A stretch of DNA of 64,000 nucleotides from Moniliella sp. 'wahieum' (Eukaryota). The translations under genes were made by a program, and so were the position numbers. The stretch spans positions 496,001 through 560,000 of the forward strand of contig RSEE01000022.1 in NCBI GenBank assembly GCA_003971905.1, read 5' to 3'. Under the pieces are notes generated by a model that saw only the letters and a program-made list of their open reading frames with translations, was not told the DNA's origin and searched no databases. Shown one piece after another: positions 1-12,782 of this stretch. Position 1 is the stretch's first letter. The number at the start of each line of letters is the position of its first letter.

Positions 1-3000
1 AACCAATATCGATCGCAGACGCAGGAGCATCCGAGCCCGTATCTTGCATCCAGAGGAGACTGGCCTGGGCAGGTGTGGGGCCCAACCCCCACAATGTTTC
101 CAGGTCGGCATTGCGTTCCGCAGCGACCGCCTGCCATGCAGCAGAAAAAATGCGCGACTCGTGCGAAGTCAAACCCGACGCCAATGCACTTGCGACAAAA
201 CTGCTCACGCACGGCGTCGTCATCACTTCTTCGGGGGAAGGGGGCGTACCCACTGGCCGCTGACGCGCCAAACGGGCACGCGAAATATACAACGCGTCCA
301 AAAGAATCAGCATACGCTGCTTCCTGCGCTGGATACCGAGTTGCGGAGTAATCCTAGAGTATAAAGTCAGTCAGTTTTCCATAGCACATCTCAAAAGATG
401 ACAACGTACACTTGCGCAGCCACCCATCCACGGAGCATATGTTGCACAGCACACCCGAACGTCAGGGCCGCTGGGAGAGCACGGAGGAGCAATTTGGCAT
501 CCTTCACGGGGGCAGGGGCAGGGGAAGGGCTGGGCGAAGCCGAAGTCGAAGTCGAGGAGGGAACCCCCGCCACTTGGGGTGCGACCGAGACAGAGTCAAG
601 CACACCATACATGCTCAAATCGTGCCAGTCATCCTTCTTCTTCCCTCCTAACACCTGCGACGGGAACCACGCCAACGGAGAGGATTGTCTTTGCCTCTCC
701 AACAGAGACGCAGCGATAGACCAGTCCCGACGGGTGATCTTGTGGAGGTAGATGCACACCACACTCTCAAGGAATTGCACCACCTCACTTGCCGATGCCG
801 TGTCCACGTCCAGCGTTTCCTCTCCACCCATAGAAGTTGGAGGAGGGAGGCTGGGCAGATCTGAGTCTCTCGAATGCACCAGCGTAGCCAGGGCGAAGGA
901 CTGCACCAGGTCCGCGTGCGCCGAAGCCACGTCCCCGCTTAGCTCACCAGGAGAACGCAAAAAGTCCGAAGCTAACCCCCATAGTTGAGGAGAGTCATAA
1001 AAGTCTTGTGCACACGTTCCACCCATAATCTGAGAATCGAGACGACAGCTAGTTGCACACTGGCTGGGGTGGGCGATGGCGCGGTCGTTGTCGCAGGCCG
1101 TGCAGGGGCTGCTGTCCAAAGCGGAAAGAAAGGAGGGGTGGTCGTCTCGGTAGCATGATGGGCATGTTGGAACCGAGCAACGAGCAATTGGAAAAATTGC
1201 ACCCCCGTGCAAAGGGAACGATATGTGTCGATAAAGATTTGTTGCAAAGCAAGGGTGTCGAGACGTAACTTAGCAGGCGATGTAGCGGGCATTCGGGATT
1301 CCTGGTTGGTCACCACGGCGGGTAAATGTGAAACTCCCAACACCATTAGATCGACTTCAAGCAGGTCAGTGACAATTGAACAATGGAAATGTGAGGTGAA
1401 CAGGGTCTTACGTACCAAGACGGTCGAGGGAAGCAAACTTGACCTCAACATGTACCGTCACCTGGTGGGAGATGGCAGAACGCGTAGGCTGGCGGAAGGA
1501 AGACGAGCGCGAGTGCCGCTTGACTCCAATCTCGAGGTCTTGCGAAACACGGCGCGCAGCCTTGGAGGATCGCGAACGAAGGGGGCTGGTCGGCGTAGTG
1601 GCGCCGAGTTGGGGTCCTCATCTTCGACCCCAATGGGGCGAAGTGTCAAGGATGAGTCCACCACCAAGTCACCCACATTACGCCGCAAAGTATCCCCAGG
1701 ACCAAAGAGGTCGCCCCATCCACTACCAAAAGAGAGAGAGGTGAGCGTGGCAATCGTCGCTCGGGGAATAGAAAGGGCCCCATCCAAAGATCCCTCCAGA
1801 TGCAAGCCGAGACCCGGTACAAGCGCAGGGATGGACTGGGTCCGTGGGATGGGCTGGGACATGTCCGCGACCGAAAGGAGCGGAACGGGCGACGTAGTAA
1901 GTAGAGGGAGGGTCGCATTCGCTTCCACATATGCGGGTAAAGTCGATTTTTCCAAAGGACCGGTAGAGGAAGGGGGTTCAACATCGAATGAGCGCTGGAG
2001 AAAGTGTGCCAACACCCCATCCGACACGGGCGGATCCGGGGTTTGCCCCCATGAGGCAAACAGAGCCCGATACTCTGGCCGGAGTGGGGCCACAGGAGTG
2101 TAAGGTGCTGTGGGACGTGCAGCGAGGATGGTAATTCTGTCGGCTTGCTTCGGGCTAAGAGACACTTTGGGGTCATCTGCCGCCTCAGTCGGGTGCAACA
2201 AAAGGGCGTCCCCAAAGAATGGGATCGGGGCAATTGCTGTTCCGCTGGGAAGGCGTGCATACGCGCGTACTTGCACCTCGGGAGGGCCGAGGGCGGGAAG
2301 TAAAGGCCGATCCAGTGCGAGCTCAGTGAATCCAAGACGCTCCAAGGCAGGAGCCCAACCACGCGTTACGCGATTCTGATCTCCGGGACTAATAAAGCGC
2401 CACGCCGAGTCCAAGCGCGCCACAGGCGAGAGCAGATGGCGGCTGCCACCGCTGCCCACCCGATGTGGTCCCCATACGTTTGAAGGTAGGTTGTCACGGC
2501 GATCCAATGACGCAGCACCTTGGCACGTACGCGAGCGTCAGATTCCCCACTGCCCAAGGGTGCAGGAGAAAGGAGTTGGTCCAAGCAGGCCTTGGTGAGG
2601 GGATGGACTTGCGTTGACGACCACGAAAGGAAACGTCTTCCAGCACGGGAGGTAAGCAGCGCGCCCACATCCGCATACGGAACCAGAAACTCCTGCCAAC
2701 TCCACATGCCAGGCTTGGACTTGTTCAGCTACCTCAGTCGGGTCAAGGATATAACGAGCTCGGGGGGGAAGTGCCCCTGCACAAGGGAGAGAGATCAGGG
2801 CGCTCTTGCACCTTGGGGGAAGTCATGGGGGAGGGCGCCCGCGAAGCGCTCCTGGATTGCAGCTCAGCTACCAATGCAGTGATGGTGTCAATAGGAGCGT
2901 TTGTCCCGGTAGCGCGTGCTGCGTGCACTCCCACATCTTGCAGGCTTTGTAGCATAGCAGATTGATACCGCTGCGGGATGAGCTCCGGGGTAAGGAGCGT

Positions 3001-4968
3001 GAGGAGAACCTGTACTCGATTTCCTGCCTTGAATGCAGTAGTGGAAGCAGATGATCCAGTTTCGACCATGGCTGAGTTGAGCACACTCAGATGTCCAGCC
3101 AACGAACCAAGCACCTGCAGGGACGCCTCCGGGCCCCGAGAAAGAGAAGCGACCCACAGGGCGCGGGCAAATTCGGCAACCTGAGACTCTTCATCAGTGG
3201 CGGAGACGGACTGAAGCTGGGTGGCAAACATAAACTCATGTGCGAGTGCAGTAAGAGTACCCTTCTCCACTCGTCCAGCCCAAGTGCCAGGGTCCTCTTG
3301 TGCACTGGAAAGGTCGAGATCACCATGCTTCCCTGGCTGGTGCCAACGCGGAGGGCCCTCAGGCAGTCGTACCGAAGAACTGGAAAGAGACGCATGCGAG
3401 TTGCTCCTCTCTCTTGTATCATGAGATAGCAAATGCACATTCCCCGTAGGGCTTTGGTTGCGCGAATTTGAAGTCAAGGCCAGGGTCTTGAGTGTGTCCG
3501 GAAGGGAGTGGGAAAGCAATGAACCAGTTGAGTCTTCTCGTTGCGGGGGAAGGGGGCGTGAGGAGCTGGATGAGGAGGAAATTGGAATCGGGATTGGGAG
3601 TGGAGTGGAGACGTTTGACCCCGCCTCAGATGGGGGAAAGAGGGCACGCACTTCGTCCGCAACACTCGAAGGCAGTTTGTACATGCACAAGTTTCCATCC
3701 GCAGCTGGACCTTATAAGGCTTCCACGGTTTCTTTTCTTTCGATCCCTTTTCAGGAGTATAAGATGTCTGGCTACTCTTGGATAAGAAGCCCTGCAGCTG
3801 CACCCCGGGGGGTAGCTCAGCTACTCCACCTAGAGATGAAGGGTAGACTGGTGTCGGAGAGCGTGTTCCCGCACTTCCGGGTCGTTGAGGTGGGAAAAAG
3901 CGCGGACGGCTGAGGGGAAGGGCAGGCGATAGCGGCCGTTTTGAAGGCGAGCCAGGTGAGGGGCCACCTTGCACCCCAGAAACAACAGCCGTAGCAGACG
4001 AAGAGGAAGGGAAAGCGCCTGCCGGGTAATGAGGGTGCGCTGAGGGCGCATCGAGGACAACTTGCGGGATACCCATGGCACTCGCAGCACCAAAAGGTCC
4101 GGATTGCCCCGATTGCGAGGGCGAGCCAAACGAGTCAGAGACGGAGAACGAGAATGACTCAGATGCCGTTCGCAGAGGCGAAGGTGCGCGTGCATACTCC
4201 GCCTCAGTGTCCTTGTCCTTCTCCTTGTCCCGCTTGCTCAACCCAAAAGGTAGGCGGGAAGGCTTGCGCGTGTGGCCAGTCTCCGTTGAGTCCCGCCGAG
4301 ACCTAAACTTGTGAGGTGAGAGTGATGAAGTTTTCCCACCAGGCAAGAGGCGAGGGAGGGGGCTGACCCTCCCTGTTGGCGTGGGCCCGGTTGGAGCCGA
4401 GGGCATTGAAGGCATACCCGGTAGCGAGCCCATTTGGGTGTCACTCGATGCCTGGCTGCTGGGACTGGGGGCTTGGATGGGAGAAGGGGAAGGACCGCGG
4501 GGAGGGACGGGTACCGTCATCCTTGTCGCCTGGAAAGGGCGAGCAGGCTGGGGTTGAAGAGAAGACCGTCCCACCCTGCGGGAGGAGGGGTGGGAGAAGC
4601 AAGGGGCAATTGGTCATCGCTGGGATGTGGGTTCAAAAGCGGGGGGTTGAGGTGGGCGCCCGGGACTGGGGACACGGCGGGGGAGGAAGCGGGCGAAGGG
4701 GAGGCGGCGCGCTGCACGAAGTAGTCGCGGTTGGAGCGCGGAGCAGGAGCCTCGCGCAGGTTGCTATGCGAGAGTGACTTGAAGGGAGCCAGGGCAGGGT
4801 GGCCACCGGCATGGGAGGAGGGGTGCTGGATGGGCTGGTCGGGGGCCGCGCTGGGCTGGTCGGAGTGCTGCTGCTCGGGGGAGGATGGCGGGGCGCTGAC
4901 TGGCTTGGCTTGCGTGGGCGGAGGAAGAAGCCGAAGGAGCGCGAGGACTCGGCGGGAGCGCTGGGCAT
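1..4968 (-). CDS. Bem2-like multidomain GTPase regulator (low-complexity N-term, PH-like, RasGEF_N/RasGEF twice); 3' end lies outside the window; frameshifted
   Basis: ATG at 4968 (MPSAPAESSRSFGFFLRP). PH-like GFLSK..KPWKPYKVQL..LCMYK. REM-like motifs GRVEKGTLTALAHEF and QQIFIDTYRSLCTGVQFFQLLVARF..VVSILRLWVE. RasGEF-like RAKVLRHWIAV..GWAAVAAAICS..VARLDSAW. Intron 354-409 (GTACGT..CTGAC..TAG). A RhoGAP domain is expected from the family but is not visible here. Confidence 0.7.
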
Positions 4969-5577
4969 GGCGGCGACGGAGAGGGGGGGGAGGGGAGGGG
5001 GGCGGGGACAGAGGAGCCGGAGACGAGACAGCGGCAGCAACGGGTGTGGCGTGGCGGAGCGTCGCGTCTGCGGGCGAGGAGGAGGGAGGAGGGGGCGGGC
5101 AGGTGGCGGTGGTGGTAGGCGTGGCGATGGGATGCTTCTGCTGGGCTGCGCTTGGTGCTGGTGCTGCTGGCCGCCTGCTGCCGCCTGCCGCGCCCTGCCG
5201 CACCTCGCTTCGGGCCAGCCAGGGCGCGCCGCACGCACAGCAGCGCAGTGTCCGCGGAGTGGCACCCGCTGCGCTGCCCTCGCACGGCGCCAGCCGCCTG
5301 CGCCGCGCGCTGCGCTGCAGGGGAGGCGCGTCGCTGCTGTCGCGGGCCGGCTGATCAGCAGGCACAGCCCCTGTGCCGCCCCTTGGCCCTGACGCAGACG
5401 TGGAACGTGGAAGCTGGGTAGGGTTGTGCCTGTCTCCGGCCGCCAGCGCAGCCCAGCGCAGGCCACGAGCCAGCCTGCCCAGAACCCTGCCCACCGGCAA
5501 CCCCAGATCATCCATTTCGATCAGCGCTCCATATCCAATGTGCCCTGGTCCTGCATCGGTGTGTGTGCAATGTTCAA

Positions 5578-5932
5578 ACTAGTCACGAGTCACCGGTCGC
5601 CGTACTAGTCACGCTAGTCACCGGGCATTACCTAACTGTGATAGTCACCTACTAGTTACTGTGGCCATGTGCCCATCATGGTCCCTTGACCAAGGCAGCC
5701 TGACCGGTGCCCACCTGCCCAACCTGCCCAACCTGCCCAACCTGCCCAACCTCGCGCCTGGCCCGCATACCTCTGTTCTTCCACCCCTGTAGTCATGTCC
5801 CCGTGACATTGACATGTGACAGATCGCCCAGGGTCATCCAGTCCCAGGGTCGCCACCTGTCATGCAGGTGATGTCACCACTCAGGCGGAGCTCAGCTGGC
5901 GCCTGTACCTCCCGGTCCTCGGTCATGCATGC
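5578..5932. repeat. Palindrome-rich intergenic cluster (CTAGTCAC, TCACCGGT, TGACATGTGA, TCATGCATG)
   Basis: Read directly; upstream of the Bem2-like gene. Confidence 0.7.
5714..5749. repeat. (CCTGCCCAA)4 tandem repeat
   Basis: Read directly. Confidence 0.9.
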
Positions 5933-6506
5933 AACGGGGACTTCCACTGTGGAGCCTGTGGGTGAAGCGCATATTATAGGGCAGTAGTAGCGTAAGCAAT
6001 CGATCGCAAGAAGGGCGTGGGGGGTAGAAAGCAGGGGGGATGTAGGTGAAGGCTATGAGTCGCTGGCTTACGTGCTAATAGCCACGTGTAAAACACGTCA
6101 ACAACAATCTTCCGAGTCGGATCATCGATCCTCGATCATCGGTCATCGATTAACGCAAGTGCTCCACCAGGCTCCACCCTGTGCCTCACCACACGTCTTC
6201 AAGTTTCAAGCTAGTCACCGTCACAACGATTACGGTGATGATGAGCTTTATATCTCTCTTCGGCATCCACATCTGGACCCAAATTCACAGCTTCCGCCGA
6301 TCCTATCTACGACTTCAACATTACTACCTGTATGACTCTCTGCACCATAATCGCTGTAAAATGCGAAGCGAATCAAAAGTTCCCTTGATGTATGGTCGTC
6401 TCCCACAGTGTAGATCAATCAGTCTCTACCCCGAAGGTGTCTCAATTCCGGATACAGAGACATTGGCTCTATTCGAGCAGTAATAGGACGCATGGCATGT
6501 GACAGC

Positions 6507-8806
6507 AACATACGGAGAGATGGGGAAAGGATGAGGATCATATTCATGGAGAACTAAGGAGGCGATGTAGATGTACCTTGGAGAAGATAATATGTGAGTT
6601 GTTGAGTCAAACGGAGAAAGGAGAGAGCGTAGATAAAGGGAAAACAGGGGGTTTTAGGACAAATCAGGTTCCAGCAAACCTGGTGACTATGTATGTGTGA
6701 TCAGATGGGTCTGATCCCTACTACTATAGACAGTATGCAGTGCTACACAAGAGGGACGCCTTGTGATGGGGCTGGGACGCCAACAGCAAGCTATCTCCCA
6801 CAGTGTCGCTGACAGCTATATAGAAGGGAAAGAGCATAGGTCAAACAGTCTCTAAGTATACTAGGCAGGATCTACAAGGAACATACTGTCAACACAAAGA
6901 AAGGAAACAAGTGAACGAACCCTGCAGCCCTCGCATCAACGAGGAAAACATCAGAGACCAGCGTGAAGAGGGATGAAGTCCCCCCTCAGGACCTTATCGC
7001 CAAGAGAGCCATGTGAGCAAGAAAAACAAGAAGAAGCGTATACAAAGGAAGAGGGGTTCTCCGCCCCCATCGTCATAGGAACGAGGAAGCATGGGAGGAG
7101 AGCCTCTTAGCGAAAATGGGACGCTCACATTATCACGAAGTCCATCTCAGAGGTCATTTGCTTACAAGACCTATTAGTAAGTATGAACCATTCAAAGCAG
7201 AATAAAGGCAGAAACTGGATGATGGATCGCCTGCGGGCCGTATACAAATGGGATGCAATCCAGGTCGCGCAGATCGAAGGAAACAAGCCCATTTTTGATA
7301 TATGAAGACGCACACAAATGCCAACGCTTACACGTGAACCCAGCCCGATCTTGAGGTAAACACAACCCAGGCAATAAGGGGAGGGAGGTTGTACAGTCAC
7401 GCCCGGATCGCCTATTATACTGCTCCCACAGTCCAGCGTGACAGTTGCGCTAGTTATCTTACGCTGAACTGATGACAACAGAGCCACAATTATGGCGTCC
7501 AACTCTATAGACATCGCGAATGAAACCACAACCAATGATTGGATCCCGAAATGATGAGGGACAGAAGACCACTACAGGCTTAAAAGTCCAAAGGTACGCC
7601 GGGCGCGTGGAGTAAGATCGAGAAGACGCAAATGTGCATCTTGCAACAATAATACGGCAGGCGATGAGGCCTGAGTCAGTCTGTGTACATGGTGATCTTT
7701 TATAGCCTCAAGAACATCCAAGGCACGCAGGTGTTCACATCTTGAACAGAAAATACAGAAAAGAGCATAAGATGATAACGCATGCGAAAAGGTATACCTT
7801 GTAAAAACAATAATGGAACTCTGTCAGCGACTTTGATTCAATAGACACATCAAACTGATGCACTCAACTTGAAGATAAAGGGCACCTGTACAGTACATGG
7901 TGCTTGTTACCCCGTTCCATACCGGCGATGGACCAAAGCACTTGTACAAGATGGTCAAGCAGGAAAAAGTAAATTCAAGTATAATAGCCAAGTAATATAT
8001 GGCACTGACGATCGCCTGTAAGCGACAGTACTATAACCATATGAAAACCGGCCGTCTGTTCAACGTTCCAGCCGTCCATTTTCTGTATATGTCGAGGGGG
8101 AATACTCAAACATCAAAAAGGAGACTAGTCGGGTCGGTTTACCAACAGCGAGTTGAAAACGGTGTAGCGGATGATGTGCAGGCCAGAAACGTCACAGGCA
8201 CAACAGTATTACCCACTGAGAGCGCGTTAATATCTTAACACAGTATGCTACGCATGTACCGTAGAACATCCACGAATCGTACAGGAAAGCGTATGCGGCT
8301 ATATATCAGTAGGTGGCCAACGATGTGATAGGGGAGGAGGGGAAGGCAATGCGCGGCCACCCCTCTAACCCCCACCTCTTAATAAATCTCAACTCACGGT
8401 GAAGTGCCGACTTGCCTAGAAATCTTCTCAGCAAGGCGCCACAGCACAACCTCTCATCCTTGCCCACTACAGCAGATCATGTCGCCAAAAAATATATCTT
8501 GTCATGGGGGGAGTCCCGAGGTGGGACCCAGCCCTGCATCACTTTAGGGGTACACACCCTTGGACAGCCAATCGGAGCCACGTTGTCGGGATCATATTCA
8601 CCTCTGATCACACTTCTACTAGTCGTCACCAGGTTGATTGATCCCTGATTTGATCTAGGAACTGTTTTCCCCCTTTGACTAGCTCCCCTTTCCTTCGCGG
8701 TGTGACTTAGCTCGCATGCTCTTCTTCTCCGAGGCATATATCCCTCGCCCTCTTTCCACTCGATGAATATAATCCTCATCCTTCCCCCATCTCCATCTCC
8801 TGTTAC
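6507..8806. repeat. Degenerate inverted pair of about 270-bp repeats (about 6507-6780 on +, about 8520-8806 on -) in an AT-richer, ORF-poor patch; probable TE or pseudogene relic
   Basis: Collinear shared blocks: GAGATGGGG.AAGGATGAGGAT.ATATTCAT.GAG; AAAGGG..AAAACAG; CAAATCAGG; AACCTGGTGAC; GTGTGATCAGA; TGATCCC; GTGATG..GGGCTGGG. Confidence 0.65.
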
Positions 8807-10689
8807 ACGTACCTTAGGTCCTTCTTCAGATCCTGGGTGAACCGACCGGGTGTAGAGACGAGGGAAAGGCCCTTTAGTTTGGGTGGCTGCCTGCATGCAA
8901 AAACTGCAGCTTAGACTCTCCGAGACAGGAGCCCCGTACGTAGGTCGTCAGACTAATAGAAAAGAGGTCCAGGAGCTCCGGGGTAACGCTGTTCCCGGTG
9001 GCGTTACCAATTCGACGCGCTGTGCAGTAAGCGGAATCAGACGGAGTCCTAAAGACGAGCCAGCGCTATAAGTGCCTCATGCCACAGGTATAGTACAAAA
9101 AAAACCCCGCCGGCCAGTCTTGGGCCCCACAGGGGTTTCTCTTCAGGGTTGGTCGCCCAAATGGACATCGCAGTATGAAACCGACACCCCTCCGGCCGTG
9201 TTATTGACCTTTCCCACAAAATCAAGAAAAAATGCTGCGTCCTTTTCTTTATTGGTTGCAGATTCATGCTGTTGTTGATGGCCAACGCGCCTTGACAAAA
9301 ACATCATTTTCCCTCTGGTTATTTAGTACTACTAGTTGCAATAACAATACTAGATAGCAGGGCCGCAGTAGTTGCAACTGGCTCCATCTTGGTTCTCTCA
9401 TCTCTCAGTTGTTTTCCGCGTCAAGATCTTGTCTTTAGCTCGGTGACACGACGAGCACCCACACCTTTTTTGGATGGTGTATGCCTACCCTTCCCTCCTT
9501 ATAGCATAGAAGATGAGCATGACAGGAGTCAGCAAAGCCGCTGCATGGCGTTTCGCCCCGTCCGCACAGCGGAGATGAAGGGGCAAAAAGAAACGCATGT
9601 TATAGAGACCAATGATACAAAACTGCCACACAGAGCCTCACGGCCCCGTAACAGAAGATGGATGTGTGGGAGCTACTAACTGCTATGGTGTGTCCGGCCC
9701 CACCTCCACCTCTCACCGCTGGGTTTGGTCTACGAAAGTACTAGAGCTCTCCCTCGTACTTTATCGTTGCTTGTTGTCTCGCTCGAGCCCCGGCCATCGT
9801 TAATAGGCAGGGTAGCTTGGCTTCGATAGTGGGTGTTAGTAGTGGCAAACCGAAGAAGGGAATACACACATCCTCCCCTCTGTATGTTGTACTATACTGG
9901 GCAATGGCATTTTCATGTTATTTTTTGTCATCTCACACCCCTATACCAATGGTACTACGTCATAGGAACACCTGACGAATAGGTTCAATGATTGGGCATC
10001 CTATGTAAAAGGGATTCTCAAAAATTTTGACTATACCGTTGGTTGATAATACAGTCTGCTGGAGTGTGCCGGTCTTCCTCTCAAATCGCATGTCCTCTCA
10101 TCGATCACCCCGTACGTCCCCTTCGTATATACAGCCTCTCTCCCGTTTCGCAATGTAACTCTCTTGCATTTGTCCAGGCTGGCTAGCACAACTTTCCCTT
10201 GCTCTCTATTATGATCTAAAACCTCTACTTGCTACCCCCCTTGCATTCCTTCCAACCCAGTTAGTATAAGTATGCTCCCTTTGTATCTGTTCCATACACA
10301 GCGCTACAACTATCCCCCGTGTATCCCTTCCCAACCCGAGGAAGCGCGTGTGGATACGGATGGACGTGGTAGACATCGGAGCGGTGACCTTCTCCATTGG
10401 GAGCCAGTAGTCAAATCCCGTCAGTGCCCAAGCATCTTGCCCGCTGCCTTGGTGGCATAATATCCTCGCGTCGTCAAAACCAAGGGGAAAACGGTTCTTG
10501 GGTGCACTCTTGGTACTTGACGTTCTTGTCGCGTTCTGCTTGCTCCAGCAGCCGAAGCAGTTCCTTTTCTCCCGGCGTTTCACAGGTCGCGCGGCGCTTC
10601 CGGTACCCTCAATAACCTTCACGTATGCCAATGACTTTTAGACCAAAAGATTTTGCCCAAAGGATGAAATACGCGCAGCTCGGCCTCTG

Positions 10690-12446
10690 TGTGAGATCTG
10701 AGATCTGAGATCTGATTGCATAGGGAGGATCTCAGATCTCACAGATCTCGCAGGAGACTTGATCGAATAGACGAATTTTAGGGGGGCAAAAAACATGTGG
10801 CTGCTTCTTCCCTGCTCTAGAGTGAAAAACTACTAGTCACTAATCACGCGAGAGTCACATAGAACGAAGTGCCAGCCACCTATGGCGCACAGTAGGTTTT
10901 AGATGCGGTACAATATATACACTGCCATGGTACATGGTACATGAGAAACACGGAGGATCGATGATCGATGGTACATGGTACCACAGCGACTAGTGACTGT
11001 TTAAGTGAACGTTATATACGAACGCTCGTTGCGAGGTTCAGGCGGAGCCAGCGCTCAGACGCTCAGGCTGAACGCGCCGAACGTTGGACCCTGCAGGTAC
11101 CAAGAACTGAGTTGAACGTGTTGAACCGTTGAACCCTGTTGAACGTTAAACGTTAAACGTTGAGCCACTACAAGGCCCAAGGCACGGGCGCCACATTTGC
11201 TTTCAAGGGGGGGAATGATTACCATGGCATGCATGATGCGTTATGCGTGATGCATGACTGACGGAAATGGCCGTGGGGTGATCTATGTGATTTGGGGATG
11301 ATGCTACCGCCGCATAGCGGAAGTGACGGGCAAATATCGGGATTTTAGCCGGTGTTGTCCCGGCCCGGCAGAACGGCAGTCCGCATATTCAGCGAACCAA
11401 CCTGCCAAGCCCGGTGGCCACGGGTCTTGTGTTTCACGGCAAATCGCGGTCGTTCGCTAGAACGTTAGGCGCTAGGCGCCGGGAAGAAAGTGTCACATGT
11501 CACATTCCGCCAATACACACCACAGGCGCGAAGCGGTGCTCCCTCAGGGGGGCTTCTGCAAGGAATATGGTTTGGAGAGGAACGAGCTATAGCAGGCTGT
11601 ATTAATAGCCGTGGGGGCTGTCTGTACTTATAGCCCCGAATAGGCCCTCCAGAGCTGTTTCCCCCCAAACTGCCTTCAAGCGTCAAGCTTCAAGCTAGTC
11701 AAGCTTCAAGTATCATGCAATCATGCATCATCATGCACATCATGTTTCATGCCACATTATGCACATGAGTATGATGCGTGACAGCGGTTACACTATAGCG
11801 GTTCGCTACCGAACATCAGACATATATTGAGCACTCCTGTGCTTTATGTGAAAGGCCACAGAGAAAAGAGCCGGTTGTATGGATGGCATCAGGAGGTATT
11901 GCATTAATTAGCACTCAACATGAGCATGAACGTTCAGTTGAACGACGTTGAACTATATATATCGCCGCGAGAGGCTAGGGAATATTCCAGCCCTCGCCAG
12001 CAGGAAAGCGGAAGGAATGCGCCGAAAGAACCCGCGCGCTCGGGCTCCCAACCGGCGCTACTAGCTACTACTCCAGGGTGGCACCACACTTGCTGTATCA
12101 TGCAACCGTCTAAAGCCATGCACCACGGGGCATGTGTGGGTTGCCAGACTTTTTTCGGGCAAGTTTAAATTTGTTGAAAAACAGGCCATCAACAGGGTGC
12201 AGCTAGCAAATCACCAGGTCACTGATCACCGATCACCGATCACCGACCACTAGTCACTAGTCACTGGATCACCATAGCCACTCGTACTGTGTCCTGATCA
12301 CCATTTGGACTCGTACTCACTGGTCAATCTCACGTCGACTGGTTTACTGCTTGTGACATGTGAGGTACCGGGTACTGAGTGTACTGGGTATAGGTCCGAC
12401 TGACTGAGTACTGGTGTACATGTCGCTTCTGTCACATATCACATGT
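10690..12446. repeat. Largest cluster of heptamer/palindrome micro-arrays, upstream of the permease
   Basis: (AGATCTG)3 10694-10714; (ATCGATG)2 10957-10970; AACGTT x3 11142-11162; TCAAGCT run 11676-11710; TCATGCA run about 11713-11737; (GATCACC)3 12224-12244; (CACTAGT)2 12248-12261. Confidence 0.9.
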
Positions 12447-12782
12447 GGGGGAGCAGTGCAGGGTCGAGGACAGTGTCTCAGGAACACGTCTCTTTCTCGC
12501 TGGGTTACGCAATATCGATTTTTCTTCCAACCTAGTTAAGCCGCTCAGGGGTTTGGGACTCTTTGCAACGGAGGAGAGCTAATTGGCTGCTCACGCGCTC
12601 ATGCGCTCGCTAGTCACTAATGAAAAACTGCAGCACGAAAAAGACTCGGAAGGTTTCCTTTTTGATTGCGTGGCGGGATGTGTCCACCTGGGAACCTGGG
12701 TGGGTATATATCTCTTACCCTTCCGAGTGAACGGTGGGAAGAGGGCTCTACCATCCCTTTTACCGCCTCCCCTCTGCTCCCC

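Noticed and set aside
4517..5515. Long Pro/Ala/Arg-rich ORFs upstream of 4968 on both strands
   Set aside because: Shadow ORFs of GC-rich leader/promoter DNA; no domain signal.
7551..7674. C/D box snoRNA (ATGATGA..CTGA)
   Set aside because: No terminal stem or recognisable rRNA guide; lies within a decayed patch.
10690..12446. Restriction-site-dense DNA read as polylinker or vector contamination
   Set aside because: The sites occur as degenerate tandem arrays at a dozen native promoters, nearly all of the A..T class, with no vector features.
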